A stretch of 64,000 nucleotides of DNA from a virus. A program made the position numbers and the translations under genes. The notes under the pieces were generated by a model that ran no database searches, was not told where the DNA came from, and saw only the letters and a program-made list of their open reading frames with translations. The first letter of the stretch is position 1. Each line of letters starts with the position of its first letter. Positions 19,461 through 29,345 of this stretch are shown here, one piece after another. Where the stretch lies: positions 1,050 to 65,049 of IMG/VR virus record IMGVR_UViG_3300015195_000004. One strand, written 5' to 3'.

Positions 19461-19994
19461 CTAAAATCCCTCTGGGTTCGTATAACGCGAAATAGCTTGA
19501 TAATGAGCCAAGCCTTCTGGGGGAGCACTATACAATAAAGTATGCATTTCTGTATCATACACTTTACCAAGAGTCGTTAAAAACGTCTCCATGTGAGTTT
19601 CCGGCACTAACAAATCGGCATAATCAATTAATCTCTTATGCAGCATTCTAAATTGATTCTCTATTAAACAACGAAAATCTTTAGTAGGTCCGTCAACTTG
19701 GAAAGGCTTTAAATGCTTCTTTACAATAGCAAGCGGCACTATAGAATCTCTAACAATATTCTTGTGGAAATTCCTATGATACTTAGCCTGATTGTAGGCT
19801 TCTGCATATTTATAGTTAGCCTTAGGGTTCTTATTTCTCTCAGCTAAAGGATAGGCATCATTAATAGCATAAAACACTGGCTTAATTAACTCTGAGGAAC
19901 GCTTGTAGAAAATCTCTACACATTGCTCATCTAGACCTAGTGAAGAAAATTCCCTCTGTCCTGAGGATTTTGGCTTAATCATTTTGTTTCTCAT
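19461..19994 (-). CDS. hypothetical protein (177 aa)
   Basis: ORF track; no motif recognised. Confidence 0.65.
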   Translation of the reverse strand: MRNKMIKPKSSGQREFSSLGLDEQCVEIFYKRSSELIKPVFYAINDAYPLAERNKNPKANYKYAEAYNQAKYHRNFHKNIVRDSIVPLAIVKKHLKPFQVDGPTKDFRCLIENQFRMLHKRLIDYADLLVPETHMETFLTTLGKVYDTEMHTLLYSAPPEGLAHYQAISRYTNPEGF

Positions 19995-20024
19995 CTCATC
20001 TTTTATTTATAAAAGTGTTTGTTG

Positions 20025-20138
20025 TCGTAGTGTGACTACGATTCACCGCATAAAGTGCGGCAAATGGGAGACCTAATCTCCGCATGAAAATTGAAGGCCC
20101 ATTAAGCATATTCTATTTGCCTATCTTCTCCAGGGCCT
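20025..20138 (-). other. candidate structured RNA element (four helices) downstream of the tail tube gene
   Basis: Inverted repeats TCGTAG/CTACGA, CCGCA/TGCGG, GGAGA/TCTCC and AGGCCC/GGGCCT. Confidence 0.45.
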
Positions 20139-20183
20139 AGGGAGCGTATATTAGATAATTCCTTTAAAATTACTTCTCAGGAA

Positions 20184-21914
20184 CTATGCAGGGACCACAT
20201 ATGAGACGGTTAGGGTCCCAGTTATGTCTTCTGCTGTAATTTTTATTGTATTGTCCGCCTTGTTGGTAGAATCAAACGACAAATCTTTTATGACCAAATG
20301 AGGGCTGCTGTAGGTTGCAAGAGCAGTACTGATGTTGAATGGATCAAGAAGAGTAATAACGAAAGGAACCTTTGTTGCCAAACCAATTCTGGTTAGGTAA
20401 TTCAAGTCCTGGAAGTCATTAGCAATTGTTCCGCCCTGTGAAGTTAGGTTCTGTGAACCTGTTGACAAGAGGGACAACATCTTCATGTCTGATTCTTTTA
20501 CATCGAATGAGATAGCAACGTCTGGGATTTGAGCAACACCATAAACAATGGAGTTTTCTCCGAGGCCCTGAACGTGGTCTCTCTTCCATGAGAACTTAAT
20601 GCTTGCACTTTGTACGCGGGCAAGATTTGCTGCATTAATAGATACTGGAATCATACGGGAAGTAATACCGGCTCTATCATCCTTATTTAGGATGTCTGGT
20701 GTTGAAGAAGGGACAGTAAGGGGGAAGGAGTTTGTGTTATAAGACACAACTACTAGCCGGAATACATCTCCTGCTACAAAGGCATCAGAAAGGGTTAGGT
20801 GCTTTGTGCCGTTGTTGTATGTAGCTGTCTTGCCGTTTGGTGAGAAAGCTTCATAGTAACGAACTGGAACTGCTGTTAGTGAGCCCAATGGAACCTTCTC
20901 AATCTTGAGGAAGTATTGTGCTCCATTTTGCTGCCAATATGAAGGTACGGCAGTTGTGTTTAGTGTTGGAAGGGGTTGTGTTGGGTCAAGAGTATCTGCA
21001 CCAGTATCTGTGTAGGAATTGGTGAGTACGTTCTTAAGGAACACTTCTCCGCCTGCTGTACGGCCATAAACATCATAAGATGTTGCGGCAGTCTGATTGG
21101 TCCAAGCTAGAGCTACTGAGGAGGTTGATCCAGAAGCTACATAAGTGATTGTTTCTGCTGATGCTAGGGTTGTACCTGAGCCATTGCGGGCAGCAATTCT
21201 ATATGTATAAGAAGCAGCAGGTAGGGTGCCGCCTGAGCCTGAGCCAGTTGCAACTTGTCCAACTACTGTTACTAAAGGAGTAGGAAGATAAATTTTTACT
21301 GTATCTTCATCTGCACCAAGAATGTTGGCAATATTTAGATAACCGGCAGAAACGTCTGCTGAAGTTACCAAATAGGTCTTTGGAAGGAAGAAACCTGGGA
21401 AGGCAACTCCATTAGGACCACGGCCATTCATCGTATCCATAGCTAATCCATTTTGTTTAACATCAATGGTGTAATCATCAATAATGCAGTCTTGCATATA
21501 AATTGATTCAAATATTGTGTTAGTTGGATCAGCAACCATGCGGATGAAGTCAACTGAGGCATTTTGGAACTGTGTTAATCCTGCAGTAAAAGTCTGACCT
21601 GAAGTTGTTGGGTCGAAAGGTAAGCCCATGATGTGAGCAAGGTTCCGTACGCCGACATCAGTCATATCAACTTTCCACTTGATTTCACCAAGTTCATCTG
21701 CTGCGCCTACGCGGGATTGGTCACCCATTTCTGAGACTTCTTGGATTGGTGTTGCCATTCCGAAGGAAGTAGAATTGACGCGGTTAAGGCGTACAACCGC
21801 TGCAGAAGATTGTGTTGTAACTACTGAAGTTTTGTTACAAACCCAGATTGGCGTAAGCCTATCGGGCACGCTTGAGACGGGGAACGGAACGAGCGAGCTA
21901 GTCAATATTGCCAT
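20184..21914 (-). CDS. major tail (tube) protein with inserted FN3/Ig-like domain
   Basis: 576 aa upstream of the chaperones; internal YTYRIAARN...VALAWTN...SYDVYGR...YTDTG segment. Confidence 0.7.
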   Translation of the reverse strand: MAILTSSLVPFPVSSVPDRLTPIWVCNKTSVVTTQSSAAVVRLNRVNSTSFGMATPIQEVSEMGDQSRVGAADELGEIKWKVDMTDVGVRNLAHIMGLPFDPTTSGQTFTAGLTQFQNASVDFIRMVADPTNTIFESIYMQDCIIDDYTIDVKQNGLAMDTMNGRGPNGVAFPGFFLPKTYLVTSADVSAGYLNIANILGADEDTVKIYLPTPLVTVVGQVATGSGSGGTLPAASYTYRIAARNGSGTTLASAETITYVASGSTSSVALAWTNQTAATSYDVYGRTAGGEVFLKNVLTNSYTDTGADTLDPTQPLPTLNTTAVPSYWQQNGAQYFLKIEKVPLGSLTAVPVRYYEAFSPNGKTATYNNGTKHLTLSDAFVAGDVFRLVVVSYNTNSFPLTVPSSTPDILNKDDRAGITSRMIPVSINAANLARVQSASIKFSWKRDHVQGLGENSIVYGVAQIPDVAISFDVKESDMKMLSLLSTGSQNLTSQGGTIANDFQDLNYLTRIGLATKVPFVITLLDPFNISTALATYSSPHLVIKDLSFDSTNKADNTIKITAEDITGTLTVSYVVPA

Positions 21915-21948
21915 ATTAGTGTGGATTCTCCTTTGAGTGATATGGGGC

Positions 21949-21977
21949 TTGACGTAGCCCGAAGACTGTGGTATAGT
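21949..21977 (+). promoter_or_regulatory. sigma70-type promoter TTGACG-17-TATAGT
   Basis: Direct reading; the -35 box lies inside a GGGCT/AGCCC inverted repeat. Confidence 0.7.
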
Positions 21978-22004
21978 TTAATGGTCTTAGAAAGGACTAA
22001 AAAA

Positions 22005-22575
22005 ATGTCTGATAATTATACAGTAGCTGATATGTTCCGAGGCTGGTCCTCTAAACCTAATGAAGGCAAAACGGCTTCAGAAATCGTTACAGAAAACTAC
22101 AAAAATATGACACCTCAAGAACGGGATATTTATGAGGCATATTATGGTGGATAGAGAAATCTCAATTACAATCTCAGCCCAATCCTTTAATGATGATCCT
22201 GAGACTGAAACAGAAGACCTTGAAGCCCTGTTTGCTGAAATTCTTGGGGATAGAGGCTATAAGAACTTTTGGGTCAATGCCTCAAACTATGTTCATGTAC
22301 AATGAAGAACGAAGAACTTCCCTGTAATTTCCTACCTTGCCAAAATTTGCGGCATCAGGAATCAACACTTTGTAAAGAATGTCTAGAAGATATAGAAAAG
22401 GATAAACAGAAATGAAATATTTTGTTACGGGGGAATCTGTATCTGTTATGGAGCCCCACACAAAGCTAAAAGATGCGAAGGGCGAAGCGGATGGCCTGTC
22501 AAAACAGTATAACGAATGCTTTATTGTTTTAACTTATGAAGATGATGTTTATTTTGTAAAATATATATCTCATGA
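22005..22575 (+). CDS. cassette of about four small hypothetical ORFs, antisense to the tail module
   Basis: SD GAAAGGA before ATG 22005; manual translation of overlapping short ORFs. Confidence 0.55.
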
Positions 22576-22584
22576 AAACCTAAA

Positions 22585-23217
22585 CTAAAATTTAACTTCT
22601 TTAGCAATCTTATAAACAGATAATCTAAAGGTCTCAGTTTGAAAGCCCGAATACATCCCCATCCGGGGGTAAGTCTTACTGGTTTGCCAGAACTGGGGGC
22701 CATCATCACCATAAGGTTTAAGTTTATAGTTATTGCCGAAAAGAGGAGATTGAGTAGCCTGAGAGCCATACTCGAACCAAGGGAATACTCCATACTCTGA
22801 TGTATGAAGGATAGCTCCGTCTTTTTTATTATAGTTCTGCCATCCAAATGTACTGCCTGATTCTAATGCCGCCAGATGCCCCAGAGATAGGCTCAGAGCA
22901 CCAGGATTACTAGTCCAGGTAGTAGGAGACATAACAAGTTCTGATAACCACTGACCGGGCTTCCTAATAAAGCTGATACGTTCTCCATTAGAGGAGATTA
23001 CAGGATGTTCTCCCTCACCAGAAAAGACTCCGCCTTCATATCCCTGTATGTAATTATACTCTGTGGTGGGAGCAGGAGTACGGGAAGAAATATCTTTGAG
23101 GCATTCTACAGCAACTGATTCCCAATTACTTTCTAAAGCAGCTTTTAAATCCTCTACATACCTTGTATATCTTTGTTTGAAGCCTGAAGTATCAATACTG
23201 ACTGAGGCACTTGCCAT
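22585..23217 (-). CDS. neck / tail-completion protein
   Basis: SD AGAGGAG before ATG 23217; position between tail terminator and tube genes. Confidence 0.5.
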   Translation of the reverse strand: MASASVSIDTSGFKQRYTRYVEDLKAALESNWESVAVECLKDISSRTPAPTTEYNYIQGYEGGVFSGEGEHPVISSNGERISFIRKPGQWLSELVMSPTTWTSNPGALSLSLGHLAALESGSTFGWQNYNKKDGAILHTSEYGVFPWFEYGSQATQSPLFGNNYKLKPYGDDGPQFWQTSKTYPRMGMYSGFQTETFRLSVYKIAKEVKF

Positions 23218-23239
23218 AATGTCTCCTCTGTGATATATT
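23211..23239 (+). promoter_or_regulatory. sigma70-type promoter TTGCCA-17-TATATT, leaderless
   Basis: ATG 23246 lies 6 nt after the -10 box; the element overlaps the start codon and SD of the minus-strand gene. Confidence 0.6.
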
Positions 23240-23245
23240 AGATAC

Positions 23246-23670
23246 ATGAGTAAATATTTTGAATCTTCGGCAAAGTCTCTTATGACCAAACTCCTAGAGC
23301 CTCAACATCCCACAGACAACTATCTTGAAACTATAGAGAACCATCTTAAACGAGTAGCTCTAGATGCAGTACTTGATAGTGAAGTAGAGGCTGAAGCAGC
23401 AGGTGATATTCCTGCCCGTAGGTGGATGCCTGATGCTTTTACCTCTTCACCTTGGGACTTAACACCAGAAGACTTTTAATGAAGAAGAGGTATTATGATA
23501 AAGCTGCTACATTCTCTCATGGTGCCGCTAGGTTCTATGAAACCTTCCCAGAAGTCAAGGCCTTTACAGAAAAAGTTAAATCTAGAGCTATTAGAGGTAA
23601 TAACTTCGACTCCACAGGACTGTTAAAGTTACTAGATGCTCATTCCCTAATAGCCATTTTGAGTCGGTAG
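23246..23670 (+). CDS. two small hypothetical proteins (23246-23479, 23479-23670)
   Basis: TAATG stop/start overlap; ORF track. Confidence 0.6.
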
Positions 23671-24213
23671 AGGAAAAGTAAGCGTAAGACTAAAGTCAAA
23701 GCGCCTTTTCACGAGGGCTAAAATCGGCATCTTACCTTTAATATCGACTATCCTTGCATCAATATAAGCATAATCAACTATTGCTGGAGTAATTAAACTA
23801 TAGTCTGTTAGCCCCATCGTCAACTGGGTTGTTAAGCTCTTGAAGAGACTACGTAAGATATAGGCAGACTGTAGGGAAGCCTTCTGAGCACCTGTACTAG
23901 GATCAACATATAACCCAGGATATACGCACATCATTATCTGTGTCTTATTCCATACTAACTGGTCTGCATTACCCGTACTCCACACAGGACCTACGTCCAT
24001 AGGGTCTTCTAGTACAATTGCAGGGACTGTGGAGATAAGAAGAAGGTCATCTGGATACTCTAGTAGTACTTGTATATGCTTACTATAGTTAGTAGAAGCT
24101 ACTGCTGTATTATAAGGAGCCACTATATTAACGTCTAGTAACTGTTGTACAGAAGACATTACATTAGTTAGTAATGACTTTCCAAGAGGTAGGTGCGGAG
24201 TGATTGGAGGCAT
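23647..24213 (-). CDS. tail terminator-like protein
   Basis: 188 aa, PAIVLED motif, synteny. Confidence 0.5.
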   Translation of the reverse strand: MPPITPHLPLGKSLLTNVMSSVQQLLDVNIVAPYNTAVASTNYSKHIQVLLEYPDDLLLISTVPAIVLEDPMDVGPVWSTGNADQLVWNKTQIMMCVYPGLYVDPSTGAQKASLQSAYILRSLFKSLTTQLTMGLTDYSLITPAIVDYAYIDARIVDIKGKMPILALVKRRFDFSLTLTFPLPTQNGY

Positions 24214-24214
24214 A

Positions 24215-24658
24215 TTATACTATCTCCGATGTGCTCTTAAGATATACAGACTGTATAGTACAAGTTGCCATAACTCTGCCTTCATCTACAACTCCACTAA
24301 CTTTAGTGAAGCGACTTCCATCTAAAAATGGGTCAATATATTCAGCTTGTGCTAGTAGAGATTTATATAACATAGGAATAGTAATAGTCCCTTTAATTAC
24401 TCTATTACGCCCTACTTCAGTAGGAACCATGGTATCGTCCTCTAAGAACTGGCCTTTTATATACCTGAATGTATAATGTGAAGAATCTTCAACTGGGTCG
24501 TTGTCAGACGTAAAGAGGTTTTGACCAGGGGTATAAGTAGCAGGAACACCTGATCCAATACGCATTACTAACTGCATTACAACACCAGTCATATTAAATA
24601 TATTTAGTTGGTGCCTTAGCACACGCCTATATGAAAATTTCGGCACTATAAGCACCAA
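24215..24658 (-). CDS. head closure / head-tail connector-like protein
   Basis: 147 aa, synteny. Confidence 0.45.
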   Translation of the reverse strand: MVLIVPKFSYRRVLRHQLNIFNMTGVVMQLVMRIGSGVPATYTPGQNLFTSDNDPVEDSSHYTFRYIKGQFLEDDTMVPTEVGRNRVIKGTITIPMLYKSLLAQAEYIDPFLDGSRFTKVSGVVDEGRVMATCTIQSVYLKSTSEIV

Positions 24659-24673
24659 CCTTTTATATTATTC

Positions 24674-25201
24674 TTAGTGTCCTAAAACAACCCAGTCTAC
24701 TGAGCAAGTTGAAGAAGCATCTCCACCAAATACTTGAATTGATATAGCTGCTGCTGTAGGGGCTGCACCATTTGGGTAAGCAGCTAGAATCTTTAATGTA
24801 GCTGATGTATGACTACGAATAGTCAATACAATGCTGTCTGTTGAAGTTGCAAAGGGAACTGCATAAGTTACAAGTGATGGCGCGGAACCGTCTGCTGCTA
24901 CAGCAGTCTTTGTTCCTCGTTTAAGAACATTAGAACCAATTACTAGTGATTCTGCCCCGGCAGCACCAGATACAATAGCACTAGCAGCAATACTGATTGC
25001 TGGAGTTGCTCCGCCTGAGGATGCTATGGGGGAAGTTCCTGTTACTGATGTGACTGCGCCTTCACCAGAAGCTACTTGAGTTACTGTAGCCTTCTTATGT
25101 ACTCCGCCTTGGGAAATTACTACAAGGTCTGAACCTGAAACGCTGCCTGCTGCAGATAAACTGGCAATAGCAACATCATGAATTGCAAAAAGATCGGACA
25201 T
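24674..25201 (-). CDS. fibre/whisker-like virion protein
   Basis: VTSVTGTSPIASSGGATPAISI fibre repeat; C-terminal DWVVLG. Confidence 0.6.
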   Translation of the reverse strand: MSDLFAIHDVAIASLSAAGSVSGSDLVVISQGGVHKKATVTQVASGEGAVTSVTGTSPIASSGGATPAISIAASAIVSGAAGAESLVIGSNVLKRGTKTAVAADGSAPSLVTYAVPFATSTDSIVLTIRSHTSATLKILAAYPNGAAPTAAAISIQVFGGDASSTCSVDWVVLGH

Positions 25202-25251
25202 ATTATGTTATTCTCCTTAGATTTTATCTATGGGCTAATGCCCGATTTAAA

Positions 25252-26241
25252 CTAGTCGCACGTTACATTGAAGGTGACTGTTCCACCCGCAGTCCACACG
25301 CTTGCTAATGTATATGTTACACTAAACCCATAGCCGCCGACGATTGGAGGGGCTGGTGGAGGTAACACATTGACTTCGCCTGTAATCGGAGAGGCCGGAG
25401 GTGCAGTTCCTTGTACGTTTGCGGAACAAAATAAATCTGGATTTTGTGTTGTGAATAAAGCCGTGCAGGTAGTCCCACCCGGAGCTATACTACAGGAAGG
25501 AGCGGTTAATGGGTGCCAGGGCCGGGAAACGGTCACGCCAGTATCCGAAGTTATGCCATTTGAATTATACAAAAGACCAGTAACAATAACTGAACCTGAT
25601 GATCCGCCGCATAAGTTACTAGGACCGGCTTGTAATCCCAATGACCATGGACCACAAGAACCGGGAGAGGCGCCCGATCCGCCTGATGAAAGTTGAGCTA
25701 TTCCCCCACCAGTAGTTCCCCACGACACACCGCCACCGTCTACGCCGGTTGTGCCAATGGATAAAATACTGTTACCCCGCATATTTAGATAATTAGCACC
25801 AACAGAGTTTGTCTGCAGTCCTGCACACATGGCTACGGAGCCTAGATTAGTGTCAATAAGCAGGTAGGGGCCGTTATTGAAGGTATCATTTATCGCAAGG
25901 CCGTTTCCCGTAACTCCAAAGCAAGACTGTGAAGCGTCCGCGCCTATGTTTATAATCGCCCCGGCACTTCCCGGAGCGCCTAGTATATTGATTAGAGACG
26001 GCCTATTCGTATTCACAACACCATAGTTATTCGTCCCCGTCCAGTTATTCGTGCCTGCGAAGGTTGGGCCGCCTCCACCACTTACTACCCAAGAAGGGGA
26101 GGTACCATTAGTGCCTAATACTTTACCAGACTGTCCTGTTTGGTTAGGAAGCTGGAAGTAGGGTTGAAATACGGCGTATGAATATCCTTGTAGGAGGATA
26201 AAACATAGAGAGACAAGAGTTAAAGAGCGTAGAATTTTCAT
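25252..26241 (-). CDS. Gly-rich fibre-like protein with N-terminal signal peptide
   Basis: MKILRSLTLVSLCFILLQGYSYA followed by LPNQTGQSGKVLGTNGTSPSW. Confidence 0.55.
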   Translation of the reverse strand: MKILRSLTLVSLCFILLQGYSYAVFQPYFQLPNQTGQSGKVLGTNGTSPSWVVSGGGGPTFAGTNNWTGTNNYGVVNTNRPSLINILGAPGSAGAIINIGADASQSCFGVTGNGLAINDTFNNGPYLLIDTNLGSVAMCAGLQTNSVGANYLNMRGNSILSIGTTGVDGGGVSWGTTGGGIAQLSSGGSGASPGSCGPWSLGLQAGPSNLCGGSSGSVIVTGLLYNSNGITSDTGVTVSRPWHPLTAPSCSIAPGGTTCTALFTTQNPDLFCSANVQGTAPPASPITGEVNVLPPPAPPIVGGYGFSVTYTLASVWTAGGTVTFNVTCD

Positions 26242-26522
26242 TATGAACTAACTCCAATCGAACCTTGCCAACCACCAGTACCAGTTACATAAATAGCCTT
26301 ATGAGCCTGTCTACGTACAGGATAAGTCTGATTAGGGCCTGTGGCTGGAATAACTGCAAGAATAGTGCCGGAACCTGCTGTATTATCATAAAATATTAAA
26401 TCTCCACTAGGAGCACTGGCATTCTCTACAGTTACATCAAATAGGACGACTCCACCATAAGAGCATATAATGCCGTCTGATCCTGGAATAGGAATAAGTG
26501 TTTCAGCAAAATCATTTATCAT
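26241..26522 (-). CDS. small beta protein (paralog of 26956-27246)
   Basis: Shared SDGI, DL.FY.N and GW...IGV.S pattern. Confidence 0.6.
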   Translation of the reverse strand: MINDFAETLIPIPGSDGIICSYGGVVLFDVTVENASAPSGDLIFYDNTAGSGTILAVIPATGPNQTYPVRRQAHKAIYVTGTGGWQGSIGVSS

Positions 26523-26533
26523 TATATACCTCT

Positions 26534-26935
26534 TTATGTTAGTTCTGTAAGATGGGCAGTTCCATTTACTGCAGACCAAATCCCTGAAATTACACCAGTA
26601 TAAGGAATGCCTGTTCCAGACATTTCCCAAGTATTACCTGCTAAAACCTCATCTGTGTATATAACTAGGCTTGCTGTAGCGGCATAAGCTATAAATAGTG
26701 TTTTAGTACTTCCATTTTGCAGTATTGCACCTTTTCTAGATGCATTAGAAGCTAATAACACAACAGTAGTTGCAGATGAAGCAACACTGGTTAGAGTAGC
26801 GGTAGCCGATGTTGTAGGTGTGATAGTAACTGCAGGAGTGGATAAAAACTTTACTGACATTTCTCCTGTGGCAGACACTGTACCTACATTACCTGTAGAG
26901 GGGTCTAAAATAGCAACAAAAGGATTACTAGACAT
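26534..26935 (-). CDS. small virion accessory beta-sandwich protein
   Basis: VVLLASNASRKGAILQNGSTKTLFI pattern common in phage structural modules. Confidence 0.55.
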   Translation of the reverse strand: MSSNPFVAILDPSTGNVGTVSATGEMSVKFLSTPAVTITPTTSATATLTSVASSATTVVLLASNASRKGAILQNGSTKTLFIAYAATASLVIYTDEVLAGNTWEMSGTGIPYTGVISGIWSAVNGTAHLTELT

Positions 26936-26955
26936 GAAGTTCTCCTAACGTATAT

Positions 26956-27246
26956 TTAAGATGCAACACCAATTGTAGCGGCCCATCCAGCTACATTTTT
27001 TATATATAAAGGGGTTATACAATAAATTCCTATAAGCCAGGTGCCTGTAGGAGTATATTTATTAACTGCGGCGACTAATATACCTGATGGGTTTTCTAGA
27101 TAAAAAAGCAAATCATCAGGAGGCACCGTTGGGTTATATACTGTTATGTTTACCACTGTTATACTAGGGTAGGGAACTAAAATGCCATCCGAGGCAGGCA
27201 GAATGATATAGTTCGCCGCAAAAGGCGGTATCATAGAGGCTATCAC
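26956..27246 (-). CDS. small beta protein (paralog of 26241-26522)
   Basis: ORF track; paralogy seen by eye. Confidence 0.6.
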   Translation of the reverse strand: MIASMIPPFAANYIILPASDGILVPYPSITVVNITVYNPTVPPDDLLFYLENPSGILVAAVNKYTPTGTWLIGIYCITPLYIKNVAGWAATIGVAS

Positions 27247-27361
27247 CCTTCTTTTGTTCTAAATAAGAATTGGAGCAGGCGGCGGATAGAGACTCTTCAT
27301 CATACCTGTCTACATGTACCTCAACAGGTCCTTTATCTCTGAGAAACAGAGGCCCACTTAT

Positions 27362-27588
27362 TTAATGAATAACCCCTAGTACTAAAAGTAGCAATATTAC
27401 AACTAAAGGCGCTCCACAAAGCCAGAGTATTAGTGGAATAAGAAGCGGCATTAGATGTGCAACCCATAATGGCTTATACCAAGGATAAGTACAGCAAGCC
27501 ATAAGAATCCAGGAATGAACCTAGGAAGGGTTAGAGGAACGGCAGCAAGTGCCATGAAGATTACGAATAGAATTAGTGACATGCTCAT
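27362..27588 (-). CDS. two tiny hydrophobic membrane peptides (27451-27588, 27362-27451)
   Basis: MSMSLILFVIFMALAAV... and MPLLIPLILWLCGAPLVVILLLLVLGVIH; TAATG overlap. Confidence 0.55.
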
Positions 27589-27599
27589 AAAGAACACAC

Positions 27600-28040
27600 T
27601 TTCGGAGATAACTTTTCTGGTTAAGAAATTGGCATGGTGCTCGGGTAACGCACCCGTCTGTGGAGATTTGGAGGCTCTACTGATCCTTGATCTCACCATA
27701 TAAGTGCCTCAGGTTACGGCTACTGAAGCTCCCACCAATCGTATCCCTGCAGAGACGGCGGATTACATATTATTTATTTAGTCTCTAATTATGCCTTAGA
27801 GAGGTCAGACGCAGTTCCATCCACAGAATGCTCAGGCTATACTTGCATTGGACCTAAGATATAAATATCCATAGGAGGGGTATACCCAGGAAGCCATCCT
27901 GGCCCATTCACTAGACTTTATTTGTTAGTCTAGCCGACACGTCTACAAGGACGGGTTTCAACTCCCACGGGGTAGAGGAGTGGTGTCTATGAAGCGGCTC
28001 ACAGTTTATCGGAGTCCTTAATAGAAATCCCGTTAACATT
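27600..28040 (-). ncRNA. candidate ~400-nt structured non-coding RNA, class unknown
   Basis: ORF-poor gap with at least six inverted repeats; no family recognised; strand inferred from flanking genes. Confidence 0.35.
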
Positions 28041-28041
28041 T

Positions 28042-28221
28042 TTATACTAGTGGAATTGTTGGTGGAAATACTGTGGCATTAATTGTAGCAATATCTAAAT
28101 CCTGTGTTGCAGGAACAGCTTCTCCTGCTGCTACATCAAGTATATTAGTTATATAGTTAATATTAGGAGCATCATTTACAATTATCTTATGTATGCCGCC
28201 GATTGTTACTTCGTGTGCCAT
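28042..28221 (-). CDS. hypothetical protein (59 aa)
   Basis: Manual translation MAHEVTIGG... Confidence 0.55.
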   Translation of the reverse strand: MAHEVTIGGIHKIIVNDAPNINYITNILDVAAGEAVPATQDLDIATINATVFPPTIPLV

Positions 28222-28251
28222 CTAGAGGATACCTCCGATAGATTTATCCAT

Positions 28252-28587
28252 CTAGGGTTTGTTCTCAATCCCAAGGGGATGAGAGGGTCCTGATACTGTG
28301 GAAATTATGTTTAAAGAGGGGGCTGTTGCCTTAGGAGGGGACGAATCTGATGGACTAGGAACAACTACCTGAGGAGAGAGGACGGTCCCTGAAGGGGCAC
28401 CAATTACTCGTAAAACCTGACTAGAAACCATTCCTGCCATGCCTAAAAATGCTACAATCTTTGGACTATAAGAACCAAAAATGGCAGTTAAACTAGACTG
28501 AAATACGGAGTCAGCAACTATAGAAGAAAGGCCTACTATAAGAGACAAGATACTCGCTAGGTCCAGGGGATGAACATTTTTAAACAT
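28252..28587 (-). CDS. two-TM membrane protein (holin-like)
   Basis: Two hydrophobic helices plus a Pro/Ser-rich tail. Confidence 0.45.
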   Translation of the reverse strand: MFKNVHPLDLASILSLIVGLSSIVADSVFQSSLTAIFGSYSPKIVAFLGMAGMVSSQVLRVIGAPSGTVLSPQVVVPSPSDSSPPKATAPSLNIISTVSGPSHPLGIENKP

Positions 28588-29139
28588 TATTTTCTCCTAA
28601 AGTTTTATTAGCTTCTCCAGCAATTAATCCCATTGCATACTTTAATCCTTCAATACCGCTTACCATTTCCGCTATCAGTAAGGTAAGATTACCATCCGGG
28701 GCAGTAAATAACTTCTCTGCAACTACATAACGCATTAGTTCAGGGTTGTGTTGGATGCCCGGCGACATTGTAATAATACACATATAAATGTTAGACAAGA
28801 AAGATGCCCGATCTACGAATTCTAACGGTCCTATACCATCTGGTACAAGGAGGATTTCCTCTTCATCCGTGATACAAAGTTTTGTCAAAATCGTCTGAAT
28901 TCCGGCATTAATTTCGACTTTACGCTTATTTTCATATTCGTGATTCATTAAAAGTCACTATTCTTTACAAAAGAAGTTTCATTTTCAGTATGAGTGCAGA
29001 TATTACCTGCTGGATTATAAGGATTCTCTTCAGAACCAATAGGATAGGAACAGGGAATATGAATAGAAGTTGGATTTAGTCTCTTTTTGGGGGCATTAAC
29101 TGTAATCTCAGAGTTGTCCATTATGACTTCTTTACACAT
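28580..29139 (-). CDS. two hypothetical proteins (28580-28948, 28948-29139)
   Basis: ORF track; overlapping stop/start. Confidence 0.55.
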
Positions 29140-29300
29140 ACATAATGTACATAACCTTCAGTAACATTGCTCATTAAATCTGATGCCCAAGTATGACCGG
29201 CATTTTGGCAAGACACATTAGACGAGAATCCGGGTATTGCTACTGGAATATTTGCAGAATCGCAAAGAAGGGTAAGAATTAATATCCACATAATATAGAA

Positions 29301-29329
29301 ATTATACTATTAAATTTTCTACTTGTCAA
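29301..29329 (-). promoter_or_regulatory. perfect sigma70 promoter TTGACA-17-TATAAT inside the late module
   Basis: Direct reading; precedes a 56-aa ORF (MWILILTLLC...). Confidence 0.8.
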
Positions 29330-29345
29330 GTACCGAACATATGTT

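Noticed and set aside
27773-27790. AGAGACTA resembling the group I intron R element
   Set aside because: No matching S element (AAGAUAUAGUC) downstream and no interrupted gene to rejoin
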